From assembly GCA_002383695.1 (NCBI GenBank), contig DFZX01000038.1:23054-87053 (forward strand): 64,000 bases of DNA. Direction: 5' to 3'. Both the position numbers and the translations under genes were made by a program. Shown one piece after another: positions 1-8,073 of the stretch (position 1 is the stretch's first letter; every line of letters starts with the position of its first letter). Under the pieces are notes generated by a model. The model ran no database searches, was not told the origin of the DNA, and was given only the letters and a program-made list of their open reading frames with translations. The DNA comes from Bacillales bacterium UBA4045 (GTDB taxonomy: Bacteria; Bacillota; Bacilli; Paenibacillales; UBA4045).

Positions 1-2
1 TG

Positions 3-2219
3 ATGGAGCAGGTGACGAGCTGGCGGACGATTCCTGTTCGAGATGCGAAGTATGCGGAGATGCCAACAGGCTTGCATCCGAAGATTCGCAAGTCGCTGGC
101 AGATAAGGGTATTACACAATTATATACACATCAGCATGATGCTTTCGTACAGGTGACCTCAGGTCACCATGTAGTTATAGTTACTCCTACAGCGTCAGGT
201 AAGACGCTTTGTTATAATCTCCCTGTCTTACAGGCAATTCTCGAGGATGATAGCGCTAGAGCGTTATATCTGTTCCCCACGAAGGCGCTGGCACAGGATC
301 AGGTAGCTGAGCTACAGGAATTCGTGAATCGCATGGACGCGGATATCAAGACGCATACGTACGATGGTGATACACCTCCAACGGTACGTCAAGCCATTAG
401 GAATGCAGGCCATGTTGTCGTTACGAATCCAGATATGCTGCATTCAGCGATACTTCCCCATCATACGAAGTGGGTGAAGCTATTTGAGAATCTACAATAC
501 ATCGTCATGGATGAGGTACATTCTTATCGTGGCGTATTCGGTAGTCATGTTGCCAATGTCATTCGTCGTCTGAAACGGATATGTCGATTCTATGGCTCAA
601 ACCCGCAATTTATATGTGCCTCAGCTACCATAGATAATCCGAAGGAGCATGCAGAACGCTTGATCGAGGAGCAGACCGTACTCATTAATAACAATGGTGC
701 GCCTGCTGGCGAGAAGCACTTTGTATTCTATAACCCACCAGTGGTGAACAAGCAGTTAGGAATACGGAGAAGCAGTGTGCTAGAGTCTCAGAAGCTAGCG
801 GCAAGCCTGCTCAGGAATGGAATTCAAACGATAGTGTTCGCGCGAAGTAGAGTTCGTGTTGAGCTATTGTTGACCTATCTGCAGGATATGGTAAAGTCGG
901 AGCTGGGCAGCAAGTCGATTCGTGGATATCGAGGCGGATATTTGCCGAAGCAACGCCGAGAAATTGAACGAGGCTTGCGTAATGGTGAGATTCGTGGTGT
1001 TGTGAGTACGAATGCGCTCGAGCTTGGTATCGATATCGGACAGCTACAAGCCTGCGTGCTGAACGGTTATCCAGGATCGATTGCTAGTGTGTGGCAGCAG
1101 TCCGGAAGGGCAGGGAGACGCTGTGAGAGCTCTATTACGTTCCTTGTGGCAAGCAGTAACCCATTAGATCAGTATATTATAGAGAATCCGCAATTTTTCT
1201 TCGATCGTCCACCGGAGCAAGCCCGTATTCATCCAGATAATCTAATCATCTTAATTGATCATATAAAGTGTGCGGCTTACGAGCTGCCATTCGAGCAGGA
1301 TGAGCAGTTCGGTGGTGAGTCATTGTCCGATGTTCTCGAATTTCTGCAGGAGGAGCGAGTTGTTCACCAGGTTAATAATCGGTGGTACTGGATGGACCAA
1401 GCATTTCCGGCTAATCATATTTCGTTACGTTCAGCTGCGCAAGAGAATTTCGTAATCATTGATGTTACCCACGGGCCTAAGGTCATTGGTGAGGTGGATC
1501 GTTTCAGCGCGCCTACCATGATTCATGACGAAGCGATTTACATTCACGAGGGTGTACAATTTCAGGTAGAAAAGCTCGATTATGAAGAGAAGAAGGCGTA
1601 CGTTCGTGAGGTGAAGGTCGATTACTACACGGATGCGAATATGGCAATCGATTTACATGTGCTGCATGTGGACCGTGAGCGAGAGCATTCTGGATTGTCC
1701 CGATATTACGGCGAAGTGACTGTGAACTCTAAACCTACTATTTTCAAGAAAATAAAGCTCCGCACCCACGAGAATATTGGATCAGGTCCGATCCACCTTC
1801 CCGAGGAACAGCTGCATACGAGCAGCTACTGGTTTACGCTTGAAGAGTCGGTCACTGCGGGAAGATCAACGAATGATCTACAATTTGCGCTACTCGGTCT
1901 GGCTAATGTGCTCGTGCATATTGCACCGCTGTACCTGATGTGTGACCCGATGGATATTCGTGTTGTTCCGCAGGTAAAGGCTACACAGAGCAAGAAACCT
2001 ACAGTGTACTTCTATGATAGATACCCAGGTGGTATCGGGCTTAGTGAGCGTCTGTTCGAGCTACATGGTAGCTTGCTTGAAGAGGCAGCTCGTCTCATTA
2101 GCAAGTGTACATGCCTAAGCGGTTGTCCTGCTTGCGTGGGTCCTGTTGAAGAGGTTGGTTTATTAGGAAAGCAGCAAGCACTTGACCTGTTAAGAGGGTT
2201 GGGGGAGAAGGTAACATGA
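3..2219 (+). CDS. mrfA: DEAD/DEAH-box helicase with C-terminal DUF1998-type Cys cluster (YprA/MrfA family); the N-terminus may be clipped by the window edge
   Basis: Walker A TPTASGKT, DEVH box (MDEVHSY), VSTNALELGIDIG, QQSGRAGRR, and C-terminal CTCLSGCPACVG. The stop overlaps the next gene's start (ATGA), matching the yprA-yprB arrangement. Confidence 0.85.
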   Translation: MEQVTSWRTIPVRDAKYAEMPTGLHPKIRKSLADKGITQLYTHQHDAFVQVTSGHHVVIVTPTASGKTLCYNLPVLQAILEDDSARALYLFPTKALAQDQVAELQEFVNRMDADIKTHTYDGDTPPTVRQAIRNAGHVVVTNPDMLHSAILPHHTKWVKLFENLQYIVMDEVHSYRGVFGSHVANVIRRLKRICRFYGSNPQFICASATIDNPKEHAERLIEEQTVLINNNGAPAGEKHFVFYNPPVVNKQLGIRRSSVLESQKLAASLLRNGIQTIVFARSRVRVELLLTYLQDMVKSELGSKSIRGYRGGYLPKQRREIERGLRNGEIRGVVSTNALELGIDIGQLQACVLNGYPGSIASVWQQSGRAGRRCESSITFLVASSNPLDQYIIENPQFFFDRPPEQARIHPDNLIILIDHIKCAAYELPFEQDEQFGGESLSDVLEFLQEERVVHQVNNRWYWMDQAFPANHISLRSAAQENFVIIDVTHGPKVIGEVDRFSAPTMIHDEAIYIHEGVQFQVEKLDYEEKKAYVREVKVDYYTDANMAIDLHVLHVDREREHSGLSRYYGEVTVNSKPTIFKKIKLRTHENIGSGPIHLPEEQLHTSSYWFTLEESVTAGRSTNDLQFALLGLANVLVHIAPLYLMCDPMDIRVVPQVKATQSKKPTVYFYDRYPGGIGLSERLFELHGSLLEEAARLISKCTCLSGCPACVGPVEEVGLLGKQQALDLLRGLGEKVT

Positions 2220-3499
2220 GTAATCTGCAAGATCGGCTTCAACGTTTGCGAAGCACATCACCCATTCAGCCTACAGAGAAGATAACGTCAGACCTATCGC
2301 TACCTTCGAATAGTCGAGTCATAGAGACGGATGAAGGTAGCTTTGTTATGCGTGAATGCCGGTACTCACTAGATCACCAGCATGGACATTATACGATGGG
2401 ACAATTAGTTGAGGGTTATGACCTGTTGAGTCGCATCTCCAAGCGTTTCCAATCGATGAAGAATGTACTGTCCCATAAGAATTTATTATTCTTCGATACA
2501 GAAACGACAGGCTTAGGTGTTGGTGCAGGTAATGTGCCGTTTATGATCGGATATGGTTACTATACAGATACTGAATTTGTTGCTGTGCAGCTGTTCATTC
2601 GTCATCCGGGTGAGGAACGTGCGATGCTACTGTATTTTTACGATTTTATTCGGAGCTTCACGCACTTGGTTACTTATAATGGTCGGACCTTCGATTGGCC
2701 TATCGTTAAGAATCGGTATGTGCTGAATCGAATTCCGTTCGCAGATGGTGAATTGGAGCAGCTAGATCTTTTATATATATCACGGAATCTATGGAAGAAT
2801 AGTATCATCTCCTGCCGATTGAGTAATGTCGAGGAGCAGCGTTTGGGCATTCGAAGACATAATGATGTGTCCGGGGCGTATGCGCCGATGATTTATTTTC
2901 AATATCTCGCTGATGGTGATGTGGGTCCGTTAGAGGGTGTGTTCCTGCATAATGAATGGGATGTGCTCTCATTGGCTACCTTAGCGATTCATCTGGGAAC
3001 GATTCTTGGAGGTCAATTGGACTTAACTCAGGTGAATACGGACGATGTATTCCGAATTGGAGTCTGGCTGGATCAGGCTGATTTACACGTGTTAGCGGAG
3101 GAAGCTTTTATTGAGGTATTGAATCGACCCATGGAGAAGAAGCGCAGGTATTTGTTAGCTATGGCGACACTGTATAAGAAGAAGAAGCAATTTGAGCGCG
3201 CGGTCCCGTTATGGAATGAGGTAGCTGGAATTGGTCGTGTTGGGCACGCTCTGCAATCTTACAATACGCTGCAGCCACTTATTGAGCTAGCGATGTACTA
3301 CGAGCATCAGTGCAAACGATTTGATCAAGCGCTCGATCTGGTGGAGGAGGCGCTTAATCGTGCTGAGAAACGGCAGGCGAATCGCCGACTATCGGACAAG
3401 GATCGACTTCTCGTGGAGCAGCTGCACAAGCGTCGCGCGCGTTTGATGATAAAGACATATCGCGGGATTGCTGGAGATGTAGATTTGCTATCGTTCTAG
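2216..3499 (+). CDS. mrfB: YprB/MrfB-like RNase H-fold (DEDD) exonuclease with helical/TPR-like C-terminal region
   Basis: Exo motif I FFDTETTGLG, later HNEWDV, and a helical repeat-like C-terminus. Translationally coupled to the mrfA-like helicase. Confidence 0.75.
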   Translation: MSNLQDRLQRLRSTSPIQPTEKITSDLSLPSNSRVIETDEGSFVMRECRYSLDHQHGHYTMGQLVEGYDLLSRISKRFQSMKNVLSHKNLLFFDTETTGLGVGAGNVPFMIGYGYYTDTEFVAVQLFIRHPGEERAMLLYFYDFIRSFTHLVTYNGRTFDWPIVKNRYVLNRIPFADGELEQLDLLYISRNLWKNSIISCRLSNVEEQRLGIRRHNDVSGAYAPMIYFQYLADGDVGPLEGVFLHNEWDVLSLATLAIHLGTILGGQLDLTQVNTDDVFRIGVWLDQADLHVLAEEAFIEVLNRPMEKKRRYLLAMATLYKKKKQFERAVPLWNEVAGIGRVGHALQSYNTLQPLIELAMYYEHQCKRFDQALDLVEEALNRAEKRQANRRLSDKDRLLVEQLHKRRARLMIKTYRGIAGDVDLLSF

Positions 3500-3551
3500 T
3501 AACTAACACGAATAGAACGTAGAAAACGTTCTACAGCATCAGGAGGATACT

Positions 3552-4355
3552 ATGTTAGGAAATCAAAAGGGATTTATCATTGATTTAGATGGAACGTTAT
3601 ATCGTGGAGGCGTGAGGCTACCCTATGCCATTGAATTCGTGCAGGCGGTCCGAGATCGGGGGTTCCCCCTGTTGTTCATGACGAACAATTCTACTCGGCG
3701 GCCTGAAGAGGTTAGTCATCATCTGCAGGAGCTGGGGATACAAGCTTACCCTCATGAGGTATTCACAACCTCGCAAGCAACGGTAAGGTATCTAGACGAG
3801 CAACAAAGGGGTAACCGCGTATTCTGCTTGGGTGAGAGTGGTCTAACGGACGAGCTTATAGACGCAGGTTATATACTCTGTGAAGAGGATGCGGACTATG
3901 TCGTGCAAGGTTTAGATCGGGAGTTTACTTATGCGAAGCTGCTTACTGCAGTTACGCTCATTCGTGCGGGAGCACAGTCAATCCTGACTAATCCTGATGT
4001 ACGATTGCCGTCGGATACTGCATTCCTACCTGGTGCTGGCTCCATTGCAGCAGCTATTCGTACTGCTGCTGACCAAGAGGCTATAATCATTGGTAAGCCC
4101 TCTGTTATTATGATGAATTATGCGCTTGAACGCATGCAATTAACGGCTTCAGAGGTGTGGATGGTTGGAGACAATGTGAGAACAGATATAGCTGCAGGGG
4201 CTGCCGCAGGCTGTCCCACGGCGCTTTTATTGACGGGTGTTAGTAGTGTCAACGAATATGTTCTGCATCAGCAGGAATTGTGTATTGAGGCAGATTATAT
4301 TTTCCCAACGCTTCAGGAATTTGTATTTCATCTTGGTTTTAACGCATCTATCTGA
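3552..4355 (+). CDS. HAD-superfamily subfamily IIA phosphatase (NagD/YutF/AraL-like)
   Basis: Motif I DLDGTLY, motif II MTNNS, GKP and GDNVRTDI motifs. AGGAGG RBS upstream of ATG 3552. Confidence 0.8.
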   Translation: MLGNQKGFIIDLDGTLYRGGVRLPYAIEFVQAVRDRGFPLLFMTNNSTRRPEEVSHHLQELGIQAYPHEVFTTSQATVRYLDEQQRGNRVFCLGESGLTDELIDAGYILCEEDADYVVQGLDREFTYAKLLTAVTLIRAGAQSILTNPDVRLPSDTAFLPGAGSIAAAIRTAADQEAIIIGKPSVIMMNYALERMQLTASEVWMVGDNVRTDIAAGAAAGCPTALLLTGVSSVNEYVLHQQELCIEADYIFPTLQEFVFHLGFNASI

Positions 4356-4440
4356 CATTGATGTCGACTTTCATCCAATTTCGTTGGAGTTTTTCATCTT
4401 GGGAGATATCTAAGTTTGAAAATCAGATCTAAAGATAAAT

Positions 4441-4519
4441 TAGTGTCGTAATTACAATTAAATCAAGGGAAGTCCTCATCTGAATAAGAAATAGTTGCGA
4501 AACTACAATTAAATCTAGG
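4441..4519. repeat. Two 28-nt direct repeats (23/28 identical) with 51-nt period; partial third copy near 4602-4618
   Basis: tagtgtcgtaattacaattaaatcaagg (4441-4468) versus tagttgcgaaactacaattaaatctagg (4492-4519). The shared core is tacaattaaatc. Confidence 0.6.
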
Positions 4520-4620
4520 TTAAGAAAACCTTATCAATGTTTTTTCTTCGAATAAGTGCATATGATTACTATTTTCACGAATTCCTACCTGTAACTGGAT
4601 TTAGTTGCATATACCAGGTT

Positions 4621-4792
4621 GTTGAGAAAGTCTCAATTGGAGTGATGGAGAGTGAAATATTGGCTTGCTGCGAGTTTAGGATTTAGGTTCCATTCCTCTA
4701 AATCACTTAAATAATAAAGGAACTTGTACCTAGCTGTTTGAGCTGGGCAAGACAATATTTCACTAGGAACCCGATCAATTGACTTTCTCAAC
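4621..4792. repeat. Long imperfect inverted repeat / ~170-nt hairpin (MITE-like element or structured RNA)
   Basis: gttgagaaagtc(t)caattg (4621-4640) pairs with caattgactttctcaac (4776-4792). agtgaaatattgGcttgc (4651-4668) pairs with gcaagAcaatatttcact (4747-4764). The two paired blocks are separated by an 11x11 internal loop. Confidence 0.6.
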
Positions 4793-5064
4793 AGTCTGAT
4801 ATACGCACCTTTTTCAGTGAACTTTGATTTTCTCTTTAAAATTATTAAATAAAGTTTGGATCGAAATCTAACCAAATATGCTACGTGATGTAAAGTAATG
4901 TGTGAATATCGCTACAAAAACATCGCGACAAATGAATAGAGAGTGCGTTCCATTCCGATGAAGTGGACGCCGACTAAGAATGATATCTTGGTCTACATTC
5001 ATCGTATACTTAACCACCTTCAAGGCGATACAAGATAAGAGAGTGTCTTGAGAGGGTGGTTACT

Positions 5065-5874
5065 ATGCCGGAATGGCCTGAGATGGAGCATTATCGGAAG
5101 ATGCTAGAAGGGAAAATTCATAATAAGCGGGTCACTGCTGTTCAAGTTGAACGAGAACGATCCTTAAACGTGAGTATTGCTGAGTTTACAAATCGCGTAC
5201 AAGGACAACATATAATAGCTGTGCAACGACGTGCCAAGATGCTGCTCATGATCTTAGAATCCAATGAGGTAATGTTATTACATTTGATGTTAGGCGGATG
5301 GATATTCTATGGGCAAGATCAGGAGAAGCCTAACCGAACGATTCAAGTGCAGCTAGCTTTCGGAGAGCAGCAGCTGTATTTTATCGGACTTCGATTAGGT
5401 TATTTGCATATATTCACACCAGCTGAATTAACTACAAGATTAACAGAGCTTGGACCCGAACCATTCGATCCAGCATTAAGTTTGTCCGCATTCAAGCAAC
5501 GATTGGAGCAACGCAGAGGTACGTTAAAGAAGCTATTAACAGATCAAGCTATGATCTCTGGCATCGGCAATTGTTATTCGGACGAGATTTGCCATGCTGC
5601 AAGATTACTTCCTTCAAGACTTCCATCGTCACTTACGAATGAGGAATGGTTCAATTTATACGAATCCATGCATGTGACACTATTAGATGCCTTACAAGCA
5701 GGTGGATATATGGATCAAGCATTCTATGCAGGAGATTTGTTGACCGGGGGTTATAATCACAGGTGTTTGGTTTACGATCGAGAAGGGGAGCTGTGCCATC
5801 GGTGCGGACAGACCATTATTCGCAACATCGTTTCTACCAAGAAGTCCTTCTGTTGTATTGGGTGTCAACGATGA
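5065..5874 (+). CDS. Fpg/Nei-family DNA glycosylase / AP lyase
   Basis: N-terminus MPEWPEME at ATG 5065, giving the Pro2-Glu3 pattern; the listed ORF begins 9 nt earlier at GTG. C-terminal zinc finger C-x2-C-x16-C-x2-C (CHRC...CIGC). Confidence 0.8.
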   Translation: MPEWPEMEHYRKMLEGKIHNKRVTAVQVERERSLNVSIAEFTNRVQGQHIIAVQRRAKMLLMILESNEVMLLHLMLGGWIFYGQDQEKPNRTIQVQLAFGEQQLYFIGLRLGYLHIFTPAELTTRLTELGPEPFDPALSLSAFKQRLEQRRGTLKKLLTDQAMISGIGNCYSDEICHAARLLPSRLPSSLTNEEWFNLYESMHVTLLDALQAGGYMDQAFYAGDLLTGGYNHRCLVYDREGELCHRCGQTIIRNIVSTKKSFCCIGCQR

Positions 5875-6704
5875 GAATTGGCTGTCATGTAAGCATCCGA
5901 CACGGATTTCTAGCTGCTGCTCAATCAGCCTTGGCTGTTGGTTGTGGGGCTTATCAATATTTCCCCAAAAACCCTCGCAGCTTAACTGTAAAATCATTCG
6001 ATCTCACTGACGCATCTAAGTGTAATGAGTTCTGCGTCGCAAACAATTTATATTCTATAGCTCACACACCTTATCCAGTAAATCTTGCAACTGACCATCA
6101 ACAGCTCAGAGAAACGACTATTCTATCTCTACAGAACGATTTGGCGATTGCGGATGCCTGCGGCTCTATTGGAATCGTCGTGCATTATGGTAAATATGTG
6201 GGTGATGACCCCTTACAAGGGTATAGGAATATGATACGAACACTAAATGAAGTGCTCTGGGAATGGGGCGGTCAGACGATGATCTTGATTGAGAATCAAG
6301 CTGCCGGAATGGGAACTACTCTTCAAGAGCTCGTACAGGTTCGCGCACTAACGGAGAGGCCATCATATATTGGCTTTTGCTTAGATACATGTCATGCCTT
6401 TGCCGGTGGTTTATGGAGTGGAGCGAATTGGAAGCAGGTTGAACAATTAGGTGCAGAGCTGGATTACTGGACACACTTAAAGGCCATCCATCTGAACGAT
6501 TCGAAATACCCTTATGGCTCAAATAAGGATTTCCATGCGAATATAGGACGAGGGTATATTGGAGATGAACACTTTCGGAATTTCCTACAATCACCTATAA
6601 TCAAGAATGTGCCACTTGTTCTAGAAACTCCAACCATGTCTGATTATCCAGTATCCGAGGAAATTCGCTATGTGAAGGAGCTAATGGAGTGTGAAGTGAC
6701 TTGA
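5871..6704 (+). CDS. nfo: Endonuclease IV (AP endonuclease family 2), divergent
   Basis: Starts MRIGCHVS at ATG 5871, overlapping the glycosylase stop (ATGA). Motifs LDTCH, HLNDS, HANIGRGYIG and LETP. The listed ORF's upstream extension lies inside the previous gene. Confidence 0.85.
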   Translation: MRIGCHVSIRHGFLAAAQSALAVGCGAYQYFPKNPRSLTVKSFDLTDASKCNEFCVANNLYSIAHTPYPVNLATDHQQLRETTILSLQNDLAIADACGSIGIVVHYGKYVGDDPLQGYRNMIRTLNEVLWEWGGQTMILIENQAAGMGTTLQELVQVRALTERPSYIGFCLDTCHAFAGGLWSGANWKQVEQLGAELDYWTHLKAIHLNDSKYPYGSNKDFHANIGRGYIGDEHFRNFLQSPIIKNVPLVLETPTMSDYPVSEEIRYVKELMECEVT

Positions 6705-6736
6705 ATTTTAATTTTTGAGAAGAATGGGAGACTCAC

Positions 6737-7504
6737 ATGATACAGCTTGCAGGCGTTCATTTACGAAGAGATGACAAACACATACTTAATGATATTAATA
6801 TTCACATGAAACGTGGTGAACAGTGGGTTATTCTTGGTAAGAATGGCTCTGGAAAGACTACTTTGTTAGAGATGATGAATGGATATATGTTTCCTAGCGA
6901 AGGAACGGTCGATGTTCTTGGTTATCGTTATGGAACCGTTGATTTACGTGAGGTGCGCAAGGAAATAGGTTATATGGGGCAATCTTTATTAGAAAAGTTA
7001 AATTTATCTGACTCAGTTTGGGAGGTTGTTGCGACGGGTGAATTTGCTTATCTACGATTCTATCAGACGATACCTGAGGATGTCATTGAGAAGGCTGAAC
7101 GGATGCTAATGGAGCTACAGATGTCTCATTTGAGCAAGCAGCCGTTAGGGTTATTATCACAAGGTGAACGTAAGAAGGTTTTACTGGCGCGTGCGATGAT
7201 GACGAATCCGAAGCTATTGATATTGGATGAGCCTTGTGCGGGATTAGATTTATATGAGCGGGAGAAGCTATTAGAGGGGATCACTAATTTTGCTGGATAT
7301 GGCGTGCAGATGGTGTATGTTACTCATCACATTGAAGAAATCATTCCGACATTCACACACGTAGCATTACTCGATCAGGGGCGACTTGCCGCAGCGGGTA
7401 AAAAGCAGGATGTGTTAACTGCGGACATGCTACAGCATGTTTACCAAATACCGATTGTTGTTGATTGGCACCAAGATCGCCCTTGGATTCGAGTGACTAC
7501 ATAG
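6737..7504 (+). CDS. Orphan ABC transporter ATP-binding protein (YlmA/ModF-like)
   Basis: Walker A GKNGSGKTT, signature LSQGERKK, Walker B LLILDEP. No adjacent permease. Confidence 0.8.
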   Translation: MIQLAGVHLRRDDKHILNDINIHMKRGEQWVILGKNGSGKTTLLEMMNGYMFPSEGTVDVLGYRYGTVDLREVRKEIGYMGQSLLEKLNLSDSVWEVVATGEFAYLRFYQTIPEDVIEKAERMLMELQMSHLSKQPLGLLSQGERKKVLLARAMMTNPKLLILDEPCAGLDLYEREKLLEGITNFAGYGVQMVYVTHHIEEIIPTFTHVALLDQGRLAAAGKKQDVLTADMLQHVYQIPIVVDWHQDRPWIRVTT

Positions 7505-7535
7505 TTGCTATCATATTCGATAAGGATAATGGATA

Positions 7536-7712
7536 CTAAGCTTCAGCATGATTGAGCTGATAATTATTGCTGTATAATTCTCGAATGAAGTTATTCTTAA
7601 GGAATTGATCCTGTGAAGTAAGACCATCTCTATTCTCGGCCATAAGCATAGATTGAATTTTTTTCTGTAATAATTCATTCTTACGTACTAGAACCTCTTG
7701 TGTTGGTGTCAT
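7536..7712 (-). CDS. Small hypothetical protein (58 aa, below the ORF-track cutoff); weak Spo0E-like flavour only
   Basis: ATG preceded by GAAGGAG at good spacing. Translates to MTPTQEVLVRKNELLQKKIQSMLMAENRDGLTSQDQFLKNNFIRELYSNNYQLNHAEA. No firm family assignment. Confidence 0.35.
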   Translation of the reverse strand: MTPTQEVLVRKNELLQKKIQSMLMAENRDGLTSQDQFLKNNFIRELYSNNYQLNHAEA

Positions 7713-8073
7713 GTAGATTGTTCACTCCTTCGTAGTTTTGTACTCCCTGCTTGCGATCAGCATTCCATAAGTATAAGGGAACCTTCTCCACAGGGAAAGC
7801 CTTATAAGATGGCTTGTAGCTTGGTATGCGGGGCTCACTAATGTTGAGAAAAGCCTGAGGTAGACCATTCGAAGTAATGCTTCTCATAACTGCCAGTTAC
7901 TTCGGATAACAGACTTAGTGTAGAAAATTCAACTGGATTTATCTCAAGGAAAGTAATATAATAACCAATACATGGCAAAGAATGCCTGATAACGGAACGG
8001 ACAGGACTTACTGTCGTTCGTGTTTCTCAGGATATCCGAGCTACACGCATGCATAGTATCCTCCTGTTGACGG

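Noticed and set aside
4441-4519. Possible degenerate CRISPR array (28-nt repeats)
   Set aside because: There are only two full copies, at 82% identity. The spacer would be 23 nt, which is too short. No cas genes or leader are present anywhere in the window.
4633-4875. 80-aa ORF on the minus strand in the HAD / Fpg intergenic island
   Set aside because: There is no RBS, the composition is lysine/leucine-rich AT-driven, and it runs straight through both arms of the 4621-4792 inverted repeat. It is more likely a by-product of non-coding repeat sequence.
5763-5870. N-terminal 36-codon extension of the endonuclease IV ORF
   Set aside because: The extension lies entirely inside the Fpg/Nei gene in another frame. 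The conserved Nfo N-terminus MRIGCHVS begins at ATG 5871, which is ATGA-coupled to the upstream stop.
7681-7887. 68-aa minus-strand ORF upstream of the small 58-aa ORF
   Set aside because: It has no RBS and no recognisable family, and its 3' end overlaps the RBS and start of the better-supported small ORF in a different frame. A decayed gene fragment cannot be excluded.
7888-8073. Looked for a c-di-GMP riboswitch or other known leader upstream of the Tad-like operon
   Set aside because: A TATAAT-like box (~7955) and two hairpins are present. I found none of the GEMM-I signatures (GGCAAACC...ACGCAAAGCC) and nothing resembling class II, so only generic structure can be claimed.
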